A stretch of 58,493 nt of DNA, counting the filler, from Dugesia japonica (taxonomy: Eukaryota): assembly GCA_001938525.1 (NCBI GenBank). It is 5 parts of 5 records of this genome, joined end to end, with 100 filler letters (N's around TTAATTAATTAA, not from the genome) between each part and the next. Parts side by side here need not be neighbours in the genome. Positions count along the whole stretch, not along the records: positions 8,489 to 16,839 come from MQRL01636553.1; positions 16,940 to 28,821 come from MQRL01384375.1; 3 more parts are not named here. One strand, given 5' to 3'. How positions within the stretch are numbered: position 1 is the stretch's first letter; every line of letters begins with the position of its first letter. Shown piece after piece: positions 11,600-25,700 of this stretch. A program made the translations under genes and the position numbers. The notes below the pieces were generated by a model, which was not told the DNA's origin, ran no database searches, and saw nothing but the letters and a program-made list of their open reading frames with translations.

Positions 11600-14300
11600 C
11601 AATACATTCATTTTACCACAAAATTAATTTCTCTTTACTTGAACTTTATCTACTACTTTAAATTCCCTTTCAACTGAGTTTCCTTTTGTATTCATCCTTT
11701 TTTTTTGAAGCTTCGTTTAGGTTTTTATCGGCCTTTTCCAGAACTTCTTTGCGATTACTCTTTAATTCTTTCGTTGAATGAATATTAATTTTTCTTCCAT
11801 AGATAACTTCCATCGGAGAGAATCCTGTCGTCTTTGATATCATACAATTGAATGAAGTTTCCACTTTTAGAAGAATTTCATCCCAACACTGCTCCTCTCC
11901 TCCAGATTTCAAGGATGTTACTATCATACCTCTGACAGTTCTAATTCTGTTTTCTGCTAAACTATTTGACTTATGCTCATGGAGAGATATAAATATCTAT
12001 GAAATATGGAATCTTGAAGCAAACTCTTATGAAACCTTTCCTTCAAACACTATTCCTCGATCAGAAACCATACGTTTAGGTTTGGCATATTTGTAAATCC
12101 AGTTATTTAGCAATGCACTTTTCATCGTATTTTCGCTTTGATTTGTAGCTGCATAAAGATTGTCTAACTTTCTGAACTGGTCAATAAGGATAATCTTGTA
12201 TTTTTATGCAACATTCATATATGCAACATCTATCACAATTTGTTCCATCGGATTAGCTGCGTATCTTGGTAAACACTTTCCTTAACTTTCTCACTACTGA
12301 CCTTCCCGTACATACAAAAATGACATTTTCTGATAGCATTCTTAATATCCGTAATCATATTCGGTCAGAAGAAACAATCAAATACATATTTTGTTATTTT
12401 CTTTATTCCAACATGGTGTAAATCTTTATGAATTTAGTTCACAGAATTAGTTACGCATCTTTTGGGAACCACAATCTTTTGCTCAACATCCGACTCAATT
12501 AACAACATATCTTCTTCAATTACAAACCTATTTAAATATTTAAAATACTGGGAGGTTTTTACTGTTTCTTATAATTTAACAGTTTTGTCCATCAAATGAA
12601 TTTTGATTTCTTTAAATAGTTCATCTTCTTTAAATTAAATCTGTAATTGTGTAAATCACTTCTGAAAACATTCATAACATTTAAATATTTTACCTTAGAC
12701 GATTTAGACTTGGCATTTTCATATTCAGCCTGGCATTATAAACAATAACTGGACGTCAGTCTTGACATACCATCATCATTGGAATGATGTTCCCCTTTCC
12801 TATACTTCAATACAACATCATATTCTGATAACTCGTTCATCCAAGTCTGAAATTGTAGCGTGACTGGTTTTTTCGAATTCTCTATAATCTCTAAAGCTTT
12901 GAAAACGACAAAACCTTTCTCATAAAGATAATCCCGAAAATGTCGAATAAATTTCTAAAGAGCCAATAACTTCTTCCTGGTCATGCAATATCCTTCTTCA
13001 TGTGCGCTCGATAACCTTGATTCATATGCTATTACGACTTCCATACCGCTTTTTGATTTGCTCAGTACAGCAACAATTCCCAAATCAGTATCCAAAATGA
13101 ATTGACCTTCTGAATTAGGATACCCAATACCCGAGAGTTACAAAGAGCTTCCTTGATTTTCTCGTGCTTTTGACCTTCGGTAACAGCATTTAAGGGTGTT
13201 GCAAGTTGCGAAACATTCTTTATAAATTTTCTGTAATAGTTTGCCATTCTAAGAAAAGATCGCCACTGTTTAGCACATTTTGGAATTCCAGCATTAGCAA
13301 TCTCTTTGAATTTTTACGAATTCGGTTTTAATCTAAATTTTGACTAAAAACACAAGCTCTTCTTGATACAGTTTACATATGGCTGGATTTACTTTAATAT
13401 CAGATGCTTGAATTCTTTTAAATACGTCTGATAGAATACGATCATATTCCTTTCGATTTTACGCAAAGATTAGAAAATAATCGATATAAATTACAACGCC
13501 TTTAAATAGAATATTCGGCAAAATTGTGTGCATTAATTTTTGAAACGTAGCCGGAGAGGTTGATAGGCAGAATGGTATGCGAATATAACAGTACTGGCCA
13601 TTTCTGTGAAAGAAGCGGTTTTAATTTTATCCTTCTCTTCTAGTTTGACTTGATAATACGCTTGACTATATCTAGTTTTAAGAATATGGTACACTCACTA
13701 AGATGATTGAATAACATTTGAGGATTTGGCATAGGAAATGAAAATTTATCAGTTGCTTAATTCAATTATCTGAAATCCTGACACATACAAATAGCTCCAT
13801 TTTTTTTGTTAACAATAATCATAGGTGAGTTCCACGGGCTGTTGCATTCTTTTATAATGCCGCTTTTGGCAAGTATTTCATTAATTTCATCAATCTTGCC
13901 TTCTAGATGCATCGGTTGTCGTCTTGGCTGTTGTAAGACAAGATTCCTTGTTGTTTGGATAGAATGTTTAACTAGGTGTGTTTTACCCAGGTTAAACGTA
14001 TGCGCCATAACAATCGAACCAAAATGAGTTAACAATTTTTTCAAGGTGTCATCTCTTGTTTTGAAAACTTCCATAGCGACTCTTAAACGATCCTCATCAG
14101 AAGCATCACACATTACATTATCTGACTCGCTTAATCCAATCATCTTTAATTGGATATTAAAAACTTTGAACATGTCCATTTTTCCAATGAACTCTGGGCG
14201 TATACTCTGTAAAACCATCAAATTGACAGTTTCGTTCATATTATATTATTATATTAGAGATTGGTAGGTATGCATCCAATTTGTGGTGATGGCTAGCTGG
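11600..14300 (-). mobile_element. Decayed Ty3/gypsy LTR retrotransposon pol (RT, RNase H, integrase)
   Basis: RT start PRRQP...GIIKECNSPWNSPMIIVNKKNGAICMCQDFR (13766-14239). FLRMANYYRKFIKNVSQLATPL at 13062-13260. Integrase end WDEILLKVETSFNCMISKTTGFSPMEVIYGR (11670-11927). Gypsy domain order; frameshifted. Confidence 0.92.
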
Positions 14301-15060
14301 TCATCCATACTAGCTGACAGTTGAACTTCAGCAACAAATGTTCAATTTGGTCGACTAGGGAAGAATTGTTGGTTTCTTAGAATTTCTAGTGAATTTTCTT
14401 CCATCTAAATATAACAGATTAATTCACGTTTAATCTGTTCTTCATTAATTGCTAATGAAATAAAATGGGATTCCGTCTAACTGTGAGTTATTGTCAATGA
14501 TTTGTTCGTATATCCGACCAATTGAGAGCTGGCGTGCGTGAAACAACGAGGACGCAATGTGCATTTTGTTTTACCTAGCGTTATAATCTACCGATAGTTT
14601 GATCTAACTATTCTAAGACACCGATTGGTAGCGTAATTTCTTTGATACTAGGAGTTCTGTGACAGGCGTATGCGGGGCAATGAGCTACTGACGATAGTGA
14701 TCCAACTATTCCTAATTGTTACGATATTGTAGTAAATGTTATGTGAAACGAGAAGGCATAATCATAACATGGATAAAAATAATTTAAAAGAATAAGATAA
14801 TGGTAACTGAAGATAATGGTAACGGTCCACTCGGCACAATATTAACTATTACTGTTAATTAAAAGAAAAATTAGTAACATGCCCACTGACTGAAATATTA
14901 TTTTCGATCGGTTTAAACTTAGTAGCGTGATTTTAAGCGGGTAGTTAGTTCTTAAAAAATGCCATTACAATTTTTTTTATTTTTAGAAAGAAACTCATAA
15001 AATAAACCAAAAATCTGGTAAGTGATCACTATTAACGACCTTTTAAAAATTATATACCAT

Positions 15061-15439
15061 CACAGTAATTAATATCAAACCCAATGGGTAGATCAGCTCA
15101 AAATCGAGCGTTAAGAGAAAAATTGATGAGTTAGCCAGAACACGTAAATAAGATAAAGATCCAGGAATAAGAGACATGCAGCAAGAAGTGATCTAAAAAG
15201 TAGTTTGAGAAAAATAAATTTACTGTGAAGTGTTGTGATAAATCTAGCCAATAGAAGCTGTTAAAAGGCCGAGTGAGATTAAAGAATAAGAAGAATTGGG
15301 TGTACCAAGAAACCACTATATATACCGCTGCGATCTTCATGGATAAAATCTCAAAAAATCAGTTCTGAGTTGAAAGACTGGTAAAGATGATGTACCAAAA
15401 CTATTAACCTTGTAATTGTTTTGGATTTAATTCACTGTG
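15061..15439. mobile_element. Possible Transib-like small element
   Basis: Imperfect inverted ends CACAGTAATTAATATCAAAC / TTTTGGATTTAATTCACTGTG. No matching 5-bp TSD. Confidence 0.3.
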
Positions 15440-17838
15440 ATTTATCTAATGGTGAATAAAAATATCGGTGTGCTCAGCTAAAATCTGATAAAAAAAATAG
15501 CTACGCAATCAATATTTCTTACAGATTCCATATTAAAAAATTAAAATATTCAAAATTCATAGAGATTACTGATGGTAGTAAGATTAAGAATACTAATTAT
15601 GCCATGCTTTCCCTAAGATAATAATTATCTGAGTTAAATGCTTGCTGGTTCATGACAAACCTATATGATTGTTTATCGATCACACATAATGCTCTCTCTC
15701 TCAAAATATAACACTGAAAATGAAGGGGGAAATGTTGATTGACATTATGAAATACGTCATGTGCCACAGAAGAGAGATTTGAGGAGAATCCTCTACTGTT
15801 AAAGAGATGATAACCAACATGGTGGGGTTGCCGATATATATTAGATAAATAAGTAAGATGTGACGAACCAATGTGAGTATCGATGGAGTAAGAACCCAAA
15901 CGAAAGGAATACAAGCATGCATTCTAACTACGGGGTACGAGTCACTGGCCCTATTCCGAAAATTCAGATCGGGGATGCTGGATATAATTCTTCAGCAAGG
16001 TACATTGCCCTAGAGTTAAAATTGAGTCGTTTTGATGGAACTCAACACTTATACGGCAATGATTAAAACAAAATCATATGCAGAATATAGCAAAGCCCTA
16101 TTTCTAAAAACAATTATATTTATGTTCAATTTTTGTCAACGTTGTTTACGATTACATTAATTACAAATCATCGAATTAAAACTGTTTTCTATTTATGTTT
16201 TACTTTAATTTTTTAATATTTAGAATNNNNNNNCTTAATTTCAAGAAAAGTAGAATCACAGTTCACATATGTATGTTTTATTGTAATAGATGAGTCTACG
16301 ACACACACCGTTGAATTTTAAAAAATTATTTGAATCCATGAATATTTACTAAAAATAAATAGGTTCAATTTTGACATTTTAAACAAAATAAACTAAATAA
16401 TTTAAAATTATTTAATATTTTAAAGCTTAAACTTTGAAAATTTTTCATTAAAAATTTTTTAATTTATTTAAAAAATCAATTTTTTATTAATGATTAATTT
16501 TAAATTTTAAAAATTAAACGTTTTGTAAAATATTGTGTACAAAATAATTATTTATACCTAAAACTTTTAATAATTCCAAGTTTATCTTAAAATTTTATTC
16601 AAAAAATTTCAACTTTTTTATTTTATTTTGAGTAATTTTTAATATTATAAATTTAAAAATTTATTAAAAAAATTATTTAAAATATTGCGTTCAAAATAAT
16701 TTTATAAATTTTAAACTTTTAATAATTCAAAAAAAAATAATTTAGATAAATTTATTTTTAATTCACAAGAAAATCAAAACTAAAATCTGATAAAAATTTC
16801 TACACAATCAATATTTCTTACACATTCCATATTTAATAANNNNNNNNNNNNNNNNNNNNNNNNNNNNNNNNNNNNNNNNNNNNTTAATTAATTAANNNNN
16901 NNNNNNNNNNNNNNNNNNNNNNNNNNNNNNNNNNNNNNNTATTATTATGGAAAAGATGTTAATTGTATTCTAACATCTGTTTAGTTGAAACAACAAATAA
17001 ACAATCTTCAGAATGAAAAAGTCATTCAATATTTTTTCTAGAATAATTTATTATTATTAAATTCTTCTATCACTTATTCCAATATTCAAAGGCTGTACAT
17101 TGGAATACAAGTTCAATAATAATTTGTAAAGAGTCGAATATAATCGATATTATAAGTCAATATATAAAAGGCATTTAATAAAAATCTGTCTCTTCCCATG
17201 AATTTCTGTGTGTTAATTGAATATTTTTAAATTTTTATAAAATGAATCAACTGGTTAAAATGGAAAAAATATTTATATAATTTGTAAGATACACAAGTGA
17301 TCAGAATATATAAAAAAAACTAATATCAAAATCAGTCGAAGAATTTCCACCAAATTGATCCTAGAACTTTATTATAAATAACTTTCAGCAATAAAATATT
17401 TTCGAATAGATAATTTTTTAGATATTATTTAGATAAAAATAATTAGTTAATCGATTGGCATTATAATTATAATTAATTGATAGTTGCATAATTTCATGAT
17501 GCAATATTCGCCTAATTATCACTTTTTTCACTGCCAGTTTACAAATTTTTTTTTAAAATAATATGTTTACATTTTGAATGCAGACAGTTGTGAAAATAAT
17601 TATTAGAAATAATAAAAAAAATGATAATTAACTTTTTTATAATTTAATAGTTGTCAACAATTCTAGAAACACTTATTTGATTGCTTTATGAAAAAAAAAC
17701 TGTATTTAGTGATAGAGATTTTTAAAATATCAATGAGAAAAAAAATTATCAATATTAGTTAAATTCCAACGGGTTGTTTTAGTTTATTTACTTACATATT
17801 TAGATGTCAAATATATTTACAAATGAAATGATTTAAAT

Positions 17839-18172
17839 CGGGGATGTCAAATCTTTTGATAGTGTAAGCCAAATAATAATTTTCAGAACATTTCGTCGGC
17901 CAAGGATAAAAATTCTTTATCATTTGAAAAATACATTATTAATTCATTATTGCTAATATTCTGTAATAATGAAAATTTACTCCCACTTAACTATAATTAA
18001 AAAAATCTATAATTAGATATTCAATCTAATTATGTGTTAGAAGATCTAACAAATTATTTCAATGTTAATATATACTTTTACCTTAATATCAAATTTTACA
18101 GTGATTCGCGGTCCAGAAAATCACTAGTGGTGGGCCAGATTTGGCCCGCGGTCCGGGAGTATGACATCTTTG
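17839..18172. mobile_element. hAT-Charlie-type MITE with a perfect 8-bp TSD
   Basis: TIRs CGGGGATGTCAAA / TATGACATCTTTG, subterminal GGGCCAGATTTGGCCCGCGG, and ATTTAAAT at both 17831-17838 and 18173-18180. Confidence 0.88.
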
Positions 18173-20599
18173 ATTTAAATACTCCAAATATTAAACAGTA
18201 ATACTTATAATTAATTAATGATGTCTTTTTAAAATTGAACAAAAATCATAACTTGAATTCAGTCACAAATCTCAGTTAAAACTCAGTAAATCTCAATTTA
18301 ATATTTATTGAGAATTGAGCATAACCAAATCTTGTAGAAAAAATATCAAATTATACCAGAGAATTTGTAAAAATTGCATTTTTAATGTTATTTGGATTTA
18401 ACTCTAGAGAATTCTATTTTTTCTGTACTTTCTAATATCTATTATTTTCGTAAAATAGCAGAAACAAAGATTCTCACTAAAATTATTTGGTTGGTTTTGA
18501 TAAAATATCATTTTAAATAGATTTAGAAATATTTTTTATTCTATAATGATTTTTCTTGATTTAATAATAATAAATAAAAATATATGTAGATATGCATCTG
18601 GTATTTTCTTAAAAAATTGACTACTTTAAATAGAGAAAAATAGCATTTTTCATTGCCAAAAATTATTAATATTAATAGTCATTATAACGGGAAAATTTTC
18701 AAAAATCAACGCAAATTTTCTGAAATTGTAATTACATCAATTTAATCCTCGAAAAACAAGTAATACTCAATAGTGAATTGATTCCACAATAAATAAATAA
18801 ACATTAAAATAAACCTAGACAGAGTAGTAAGTAATATTTATTAAGTAATATCTTTTAGTCTAAACTCACAATTTCATACAATTGAAAATGAAATACGAGG
18901 GATTAAATAATAATAATTTGAAATCAATAAATGAAAAATAATTAGGATTAGAATTCATATTACATAATATCAATTTTAAATTAATCTTAAGTTAACAATC
19001 GAGTTATGATATAAATTAAATACTGCTTAAATTTTCAACGAATGTGTGTTGATCAGTTTCAAGTCGACATAAAACTCAAATCATGTCGATGATTAATCTA
19101 AATCGATTTCACCAATGAAAATATGTTCAATAGGAATTTTTAGAAATTACTTTTAGAAATTATTCATTTCATCTATAAAAAGAAAACTACATTTACTATT
19201 GGAAAATAAAATAATCTTTTATTTAATTTAATGATGAAAATTTTTTTGATATTTAATAATATAATTTTTAATTTCATTAAAATGAATAAATCCTCTATAC
19301 TATTTATTATTTAAATATACAAAATTATTTAAATACAAAAATTCAGTAAAAAATATTAAATTAAAAAAAACTTTTAAAACCGGATTCGAAATTGATAATA
19401 AAAAGTACCACAAATACATTAATTTCGGAGTCAATGTACAAAATTAAATAAAAACTACAATAAATACGATTTCATCGATTAAAAAAGCTTTTTAAAAATT
19501 TGTTTCAACATTTTTTACTAAAATTTTTTAAATAAATTGTCCATTAAAATATGGTAAGATGTTGTCCATTAATGATATCAACAATTTTCAGGCAATTTCT
19601 AAAACCTACGCCTGTCAGCAATTATCAAACTTCTTCAAACCCACTACTCGAGATTTTGTTGATTTTATTAACGAACAACTCCTAGGTTACAGTTAAAGTA
19701 TGATATATAATTAATATACAAAACTTATAATTATAAAATTTTATATAAGTTTATTAGTTAATTTATAAAATAATTAATTGGTATATAAAATAATTCTAGC
19801 TTTTCCGTTAAAATGTGGAATCAATCCCAACGAGGAGTTGATTTATAAAAAATAAAATAATAAATAAAAAATAAGATTTATCTTTTGATCAAGAGTTCGG
19901 TATACAACTTATCCTATTTTTATAAAAAATAATTTTTAACAAACATATATTTTACAATTAGAATTATTGCTAGAACAATTGCTGGACTAAATCATTAATC
20001 TCAATTTTAAAGTTTCAGGAAATTAAGAAAGATTTTTTTATGTTAGTAATCTTAAATTTTGACGATAATCTTCTTCAGGAATTTACTTAATGTAAAAGTA
20101 AAAACAACATTTTGATCTAAGATTTTTAATTAATTGTAACATATTTTTTCGGAGAAAAAACTGCAAGAATTAAAAATATAGAATTTGATTTCTCATTTAT
20201 CTTTATTTGTTTCACTCATTTACACCAAGAGGTCGTCCCTAAAATATATCACGTTATTTTTGACGATTTTGAACTCCCCCACTCCCTACCACTACCATCT
20301 AAACATCGACATAAATTAGGTTACACTTTCGAACTAAAAAATTGTTAAGAAATTACCAACTAATAACAATTTTATCTATTAAAATCCACTTCACTATTAA
20401 ATTTTTTTAAATTTTTACTTAAAAAAACTATCACATTTTTAAAATGACTTTCAGTCATAATTTAAGCAGCGGGAAATATAGAAATATTAAACTTAAATCA
20501 ATGATGACAAAGGATACTTCAGATTTAAATTCGATGTAGCAATATAACATTATAATTACTATACACTATTAGTATATCTTCAGTTAGAATACAAACATT

Positions 20600-21235
20600 C
20601 ATGGCCGTCTTAAGAAATTCAGTGCCAGTGGGCTACTAAAAATAATACGCCCCTCTTCATAAGAAAATTCACAGAATAGCAAACGGAAGCGGAGTGTCCG
20701 GCAAAGTTATACAAAAGTGTCAGAACTAAAAAAATCGATTTATTACCGATATATACTAAATAAAAACACAAAATTGAATTAAATAAAATTTAAAAACCTT
20801 TAAGAACAAAAACAAACCTTAATGAAAACAAGAAACAAAAGTAACTTATATATTTATTTTCCTAGTTTTTTCTTTGGAAAACTGGTCAATAATATCACTC
20901 GTATTTAAGTTATCAAATAAGTATCTCTCAATTGATAAAATACTTAAATCATTGAATTTGCTCTGTCGCAAAGAAGATCGTAAATTATTTTTTATTCTTC
21001 AATTATTCTTCATTCCAGCGCATTTGAACATAAAAATCAGTTAAATATTTTAGGAAATTGTTTTAATTTAAAAATATGTGAAAACTAATAATATGAAAAA
21101 TGAATTTCTATAAAACTAATAACCAAATGACTAATAATAACAAAAAATATATATATATCGCAAAAAAAATTGCCACCCCAAAAGGCTTACGCTCTGGGCT
21201 ATAGCTCATTTAGCTCTGTGGTTAGGGCGGCCCTA
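20600..21235 (-). mobile_element. Internally deleted hAT element retaining the C-terminal dimerisation domain
   Basis: TIRs CATGGCCGTCTTAA / TTAGGGCGGCCCTA with degenerate TSD CAAACATT/CATCCATT. Minus strand reads IKNNLRSSLRQSKFNDLSILSIE...IIDQFSKEKTRK. Confidence 0.8.
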
Positions 21236-21759
21236 CATCCATTACAACAGAAAGTTAAACATCACTGTTAATTTCAGGTTTTTTATTTTTAGTAAAAAAA
21301 TTAAGTTTTTGTGATGTCACATATAATCTTTACACCCCTGTAACAGACTGTTACACATTCTTATATCCCCTCCTCATTCCTGAGCGTGACATGCTATCAG
21401 AATTATAAAACTGTTAGTTAAAATATGAATTATATAAATTAACGAAGTTTTAGTTACTTTTTTATGTAACGATAAAATTATTATTCATCGAATGTATACA
21501 TTTAGAATTCTAAAAATGTAGCTATTTACTGGGTAAGAATTGTCTTATTCTAGTTTGACTTAATTATTTGAATAAAAGAAATTAAAATTTAATTATAAAA
21601 CTGGACTGTAATAAATGTGAGATGAATTAAAGTAGACCTAAAATAGAAATTAATACATTCACTGAATTCACACTTTGATGTATAGCATATTCTTAGAATA
21701 ACACAAGAAAAACAATATAGCGTACAGATCACCTACATTTTAAAACGAGTTGATTGAAA

Positions 21760-21960
21760 TATTGACACAAAATAAAAACAAAAATAATTGAGGCGGTAAA
21801 AAAGGCCAAATACTTTTCTATCATGTATGACAGTACTCCAGATTTCTCGCAAAAAGATCAATGCAGCTTGTGACGCTGTGAATTCAATAACCTTTTTGGA
21901 ACTTTAGAACGATTATTCTCGTTTCTTTCGTCCTCGATCCATCGCTAGGATATTCTGATT
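21760..21960 (+). mobile_element. hAT (Tip100-type) transposase fragment
   Basis: IIEAVKKAKYFSIMYDSTPDFSQKDQ matches the hAT first catalytic Asp motif. Confidence 0.75.
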
Positions 21961-22025
21961 CTAGTCATTGGTCAAAGTGTCACGCCACAGCTTATATATA
22001 AATCAAGTACAAACAGACGTAAGTG

Positions 22026-22841
22026 TGAGGTGACCATAGGTTTAACCTGACGAAGTGGGACAAAATAAAATTTTTATGTGATTTCAGTTAAGAACTTAAA
22101 TACAAGATAAAGTGTCACACCACTTATAAAGATAATTAAATTCATTGTAAATACAAAAACAATTTATTTTTCATTATTTCATTTTTATCATATTCTTCTT
22201 AATTTAATACATATTTATCACTTGAATGAATTTTCTTCAACAGTTCACAATTATTAACCAACATATTATAAAATTCATCACAAGAATTTGTAATATTATA
22301 TTTTACACTCACAATACATTTATTAGTATCGACATGTAATTCTGAATTTTTTCTGATGTCCATAATTTATTTATGGCGGAAAAAATCATCTGTTCTTAGT
22401 AATTCGACAATTTTTAAAATATTTGCGTGTCTATTTTTATCTGTTGCCATATTATAGGTTGTTCCAACAATTTATTTTTTACTCAGTAACATATCTCCTT
22501 AAACAGGATACTTCGTCAAAAAGACCTCTCACTAATTTATATATATATCACTATCCAAATAAAATAACATACTTGAAACCATTTATTATGTAGTCTGTAT
22601 AATACGAAAACCAAATACTTTATTCAATTTATTTGATTTAATCGATTGCACAGCGAATCTATTTGAAATTTTGTTGTTTCAAGTAATTTGCCTTATTTGA
22701 TAGTGATCGGATTTTATATGTGCATATTGTAAATATATTAAATTTTAAAAAATTTGTAAAATCGTGACTAAATTGGGATATTTTCAAGATTTTTCAGCAC
22801 GCGGTACAAGCTGTTCCAAAACGGGACGTAATGCCACTTTA
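22026..22841 (-). mobile_element. hAT-Blackjack-like deletion derivative
   Basis: Ends TGAGGTGACCATA...GGGACA and CGGGACGTAATGCCACTTTA with degenerate 8-bp TSD CGTAAGTG/CGTAAGAA. Minus strand reads FFSAINKLWTSEK...SCDEFY...LLKKIHSSDKY. Confidence 0.72.
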
Positions 22842-24344
22842 CGTAAGAATATATTTATTATTTTCAATATATTATAAAATGTAATTTTTTAAAGAAATAA
22901 TGGGAAATTGTTTGTCTACTAACGGTAAGATAAACTGTAATAATCCCCAGGGAGTTTTAAAAAAAAAATTCTAGTAAAATTTAATTATGGAGATTATTAA
23001 ACAAATCAAATATACAAGAAAAAAATTTTAATAATCGATATCAGAAAAGTTAATCGCCACATTTGAATGCAAATATAAAATTTCTAGAATTACTTTTAAA
23101 TAATATACATTTTTTTGGTGGGGAATTATTTGAGGTTTCATAGTAAATTATTACGGAAAAATCAATATCGATAGAGAAAATTCTCTTTTTGTTTAAAAAA
23201 TAATTTTCTGATAAAATGAAATAATCGGCATTAGTTTACATTGGAAAAATGAAATTGATGGCTATTTATGTTGAGTAAAAAGGTAAATAAATGTCGGTTT
23301 CAAAGCAGATATTTATTTTTCTAAGTAAGTTGGAATTACTTTTTAGAAAAAACAATAAAACCTGAAAATATATTTATCTATTAATTCGAGACATTTCATC
23401 CAAATTAAACTCGAAATATATTTAATAATAAAACCGAAACCGGACAATATTCTGTCGATTTGACAATTGAATTCGTTATTCACCTTTGAATCTAATATTT
23501 CGTAAATGAAAAATTGACTATTTTTATAGAAAATTGATGAATCATAAAGGCAAAATAAAACAATAGAAAAAAGTTGATGTCATGTAAGGACAAAAGGATA
23601 TTTAGATTTAGGAATTTTAACTATAAATCAAATGGAAATAAGTCAACAGTTGAATAGAATAATATTTCAAATTTTGTAAACAGTACAAATGTCAATTAAA
23701 TTTTGAGACAGTAAAAAATAAGATATTATATCATAAGTGTCTGATACGTTTTAGAGAAAAAAAACGTGATTAATGTGTATTAAATAATCATCAATTGTGT
23801 GCACAAATGATGTCATTGGATATTAAAATAACAGCAAAACTACAACCCACATAGAATATCAGATTTCTAATCAAACACAGACGACTCTTATCAATGAAAT
23901 GTAAATTAACATTGTCACTTATTAATAGCATTAGTCACGCTTATGATTATTATGCAACGATTTTTTTAGATCAGAAAACTCGGCAGATGTTTAAAAAATT
24001 TTTATTGCTTGAACTAAAAATTACAACATTAATTTTCATTGCATACACGAAATAAAGGATTCTTCACATATGCATTTTAATTGCACTTGGTTATAGAACC
24101 GAAAAAAAGATAATTTTTGTACCATGATAGTTTTAAAAAAAAGATAGAAACTGTACATTACTTTACCATTAACATTAAAACTACAAAATAAACATTTTAA
24201 ACGTAAATTCTGAATTATTCAGAATGCATACATAAAACCAATCATACAAATTTGAGAAGCATCACGATAAATTATGTGGAATTGTTTAAAAATTGATCCA
24301 CTTTCGTAGACTAGAACAAAAGACATAAATCAATAAAAGTTCAT

Positions 24345-24898
24345 TTATTGTTCTTCTTTCGTTTCTGAATTATCAACTTCAGTATCATGACTACCATTAG
24401 CTATCGGTGTTTCCTCCTTGGTTTCCGTTATTTCCGGCGACACTTCCTTCTCTTCAGTATGAACTTCTGGTGTTTCAACAGTTTCAACATTGTCTGATAC
24501 AACTTCACATTTTCCATTTTCTTTAACCGTTTCATTTGGTTCTTCTACTACTCCATTTTCTTTTGGTGCTTCAACAATTTCCTCTTTGACACCGTTTTCT
24601 TTAGGAGTTTTGGATTTTTTCTCTTTCCTCATTGAAACTTTTTTAAACCATGAAACAATACTTTTCTTTTTAACCTAAATAATTGATAATATTTTATTAA
24701 TGCTACATTAATTTCATTAATATCTACTTCTGGAGCAGTTTCTGTTTTTTCTATTCCATTTGATTCTTGTTTTGGCTGATCGCCATTTGATTCTACAACA
24801 ACTGGGGTCTCTGCAGTTCCTTCTTCATTTATGACTTGTTCATCTTTATTTGTTTTCTCGGTGGCCGGAACATTAAATTTTCCTGTTTTATTTCCCAT
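24345..24898 (-). CDS. MARCKS/BASP1-like acidic, predicted N-myristoylated protein, 173 aa; exons 24898-24707 and 24674-24345, with a 32-nt intron at 24675-24706
   Basis: A GTAGCA...TTTAG phase-0 intron joins two ORF-track ORFs into MGNKTGK...EVDINEIN|VKKKSIVSWFKKVSMRKEKKSKTPK...EEQ. Met-Gly start, Glu-rich disordered body, one central basic/aromatic Ser-containing segment. Confidence 0.8.
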
Positions 24899-25099
24899 TT
24901 TGCTTTCTAAATATTTCAAAATTCAAATCTGACAAATTATTATGAAATTATTTGAATAAATAGGTAAATTTACACACTGGCTAATCAAAGTACAAGCCAA
25001 TTAGCGTAAACATTATTTATTCACTATAGACTTTTTCAATAGTAAGTCAAAATAATACTTGAACATTAAAAATTACATTTTTTATAGACAAATTAAACT

Positions 25100-25320
25100 T
25101 ACAAATTTATTTCAAAAACGAATTCCAATTAATGCTATCAAACCAAAATATAGTTTAATAAAATAATCGAACAAGATGGCTGCGTTAAACAAATGATTTT
25201 GATTGGCTATCCTATAGGATGAGTCAGACCAATTATTCTTTGTATGATTGACTAAGACATGCAAAAGGAAAACAAACAGGCAAAATTGGTTTTATGAGGT
25301 ATGTCTAATTACGTGTGTTT
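25100..25320. promoter_or_regulatory. Putative bidirectional promoter between the two host genes
   Basis: YY1-like CAAGATGGCTGC (25172), inverted CCAAT pair (25202, 25229) and AP-1 TGAGTCA (25220). Outward-facing splice donors at ~25102 (minus) and ~25299 (plus) have acceptors just before each ATG. Confidence 0.5.
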
Positions 25321-25700
25321 CTGACTAACAAGTTGCTTATTCACTTCAATTGATATTACTTAATACTTAAATTTATGTAACTAAAATGTATAATTTTATT
25401 AATTTTTTTGAATTATACAATTTTTTATATTATTTTCATACTTGAATTGAAATAAATAAATTTTTAATTAAATAAAATTTATTAATGGATATTTAACTTA
25501 TTAATAATTTATTATAATATGAATTTTTATTTCGATAAGTACAAACATCGTTAATTTTATCTTAATTCAAATATAAAATCTGAAAAAAATAATTATGCCA
25601 ATAAAATTGTTTAACTAGATTTGTTTAATATTTGATTTTGAATATATTTATGAATTTGTTACAAATTAAATAAGTATTACTAATTTTAGATTTTAATTAA

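Noticed and set aside
15597-16066. Overlapping 68-105 aa ORFs (including a GDAGY motif)
   Set aside because: No coherent family motif set; probably a decayed element fragment, left unassigned.
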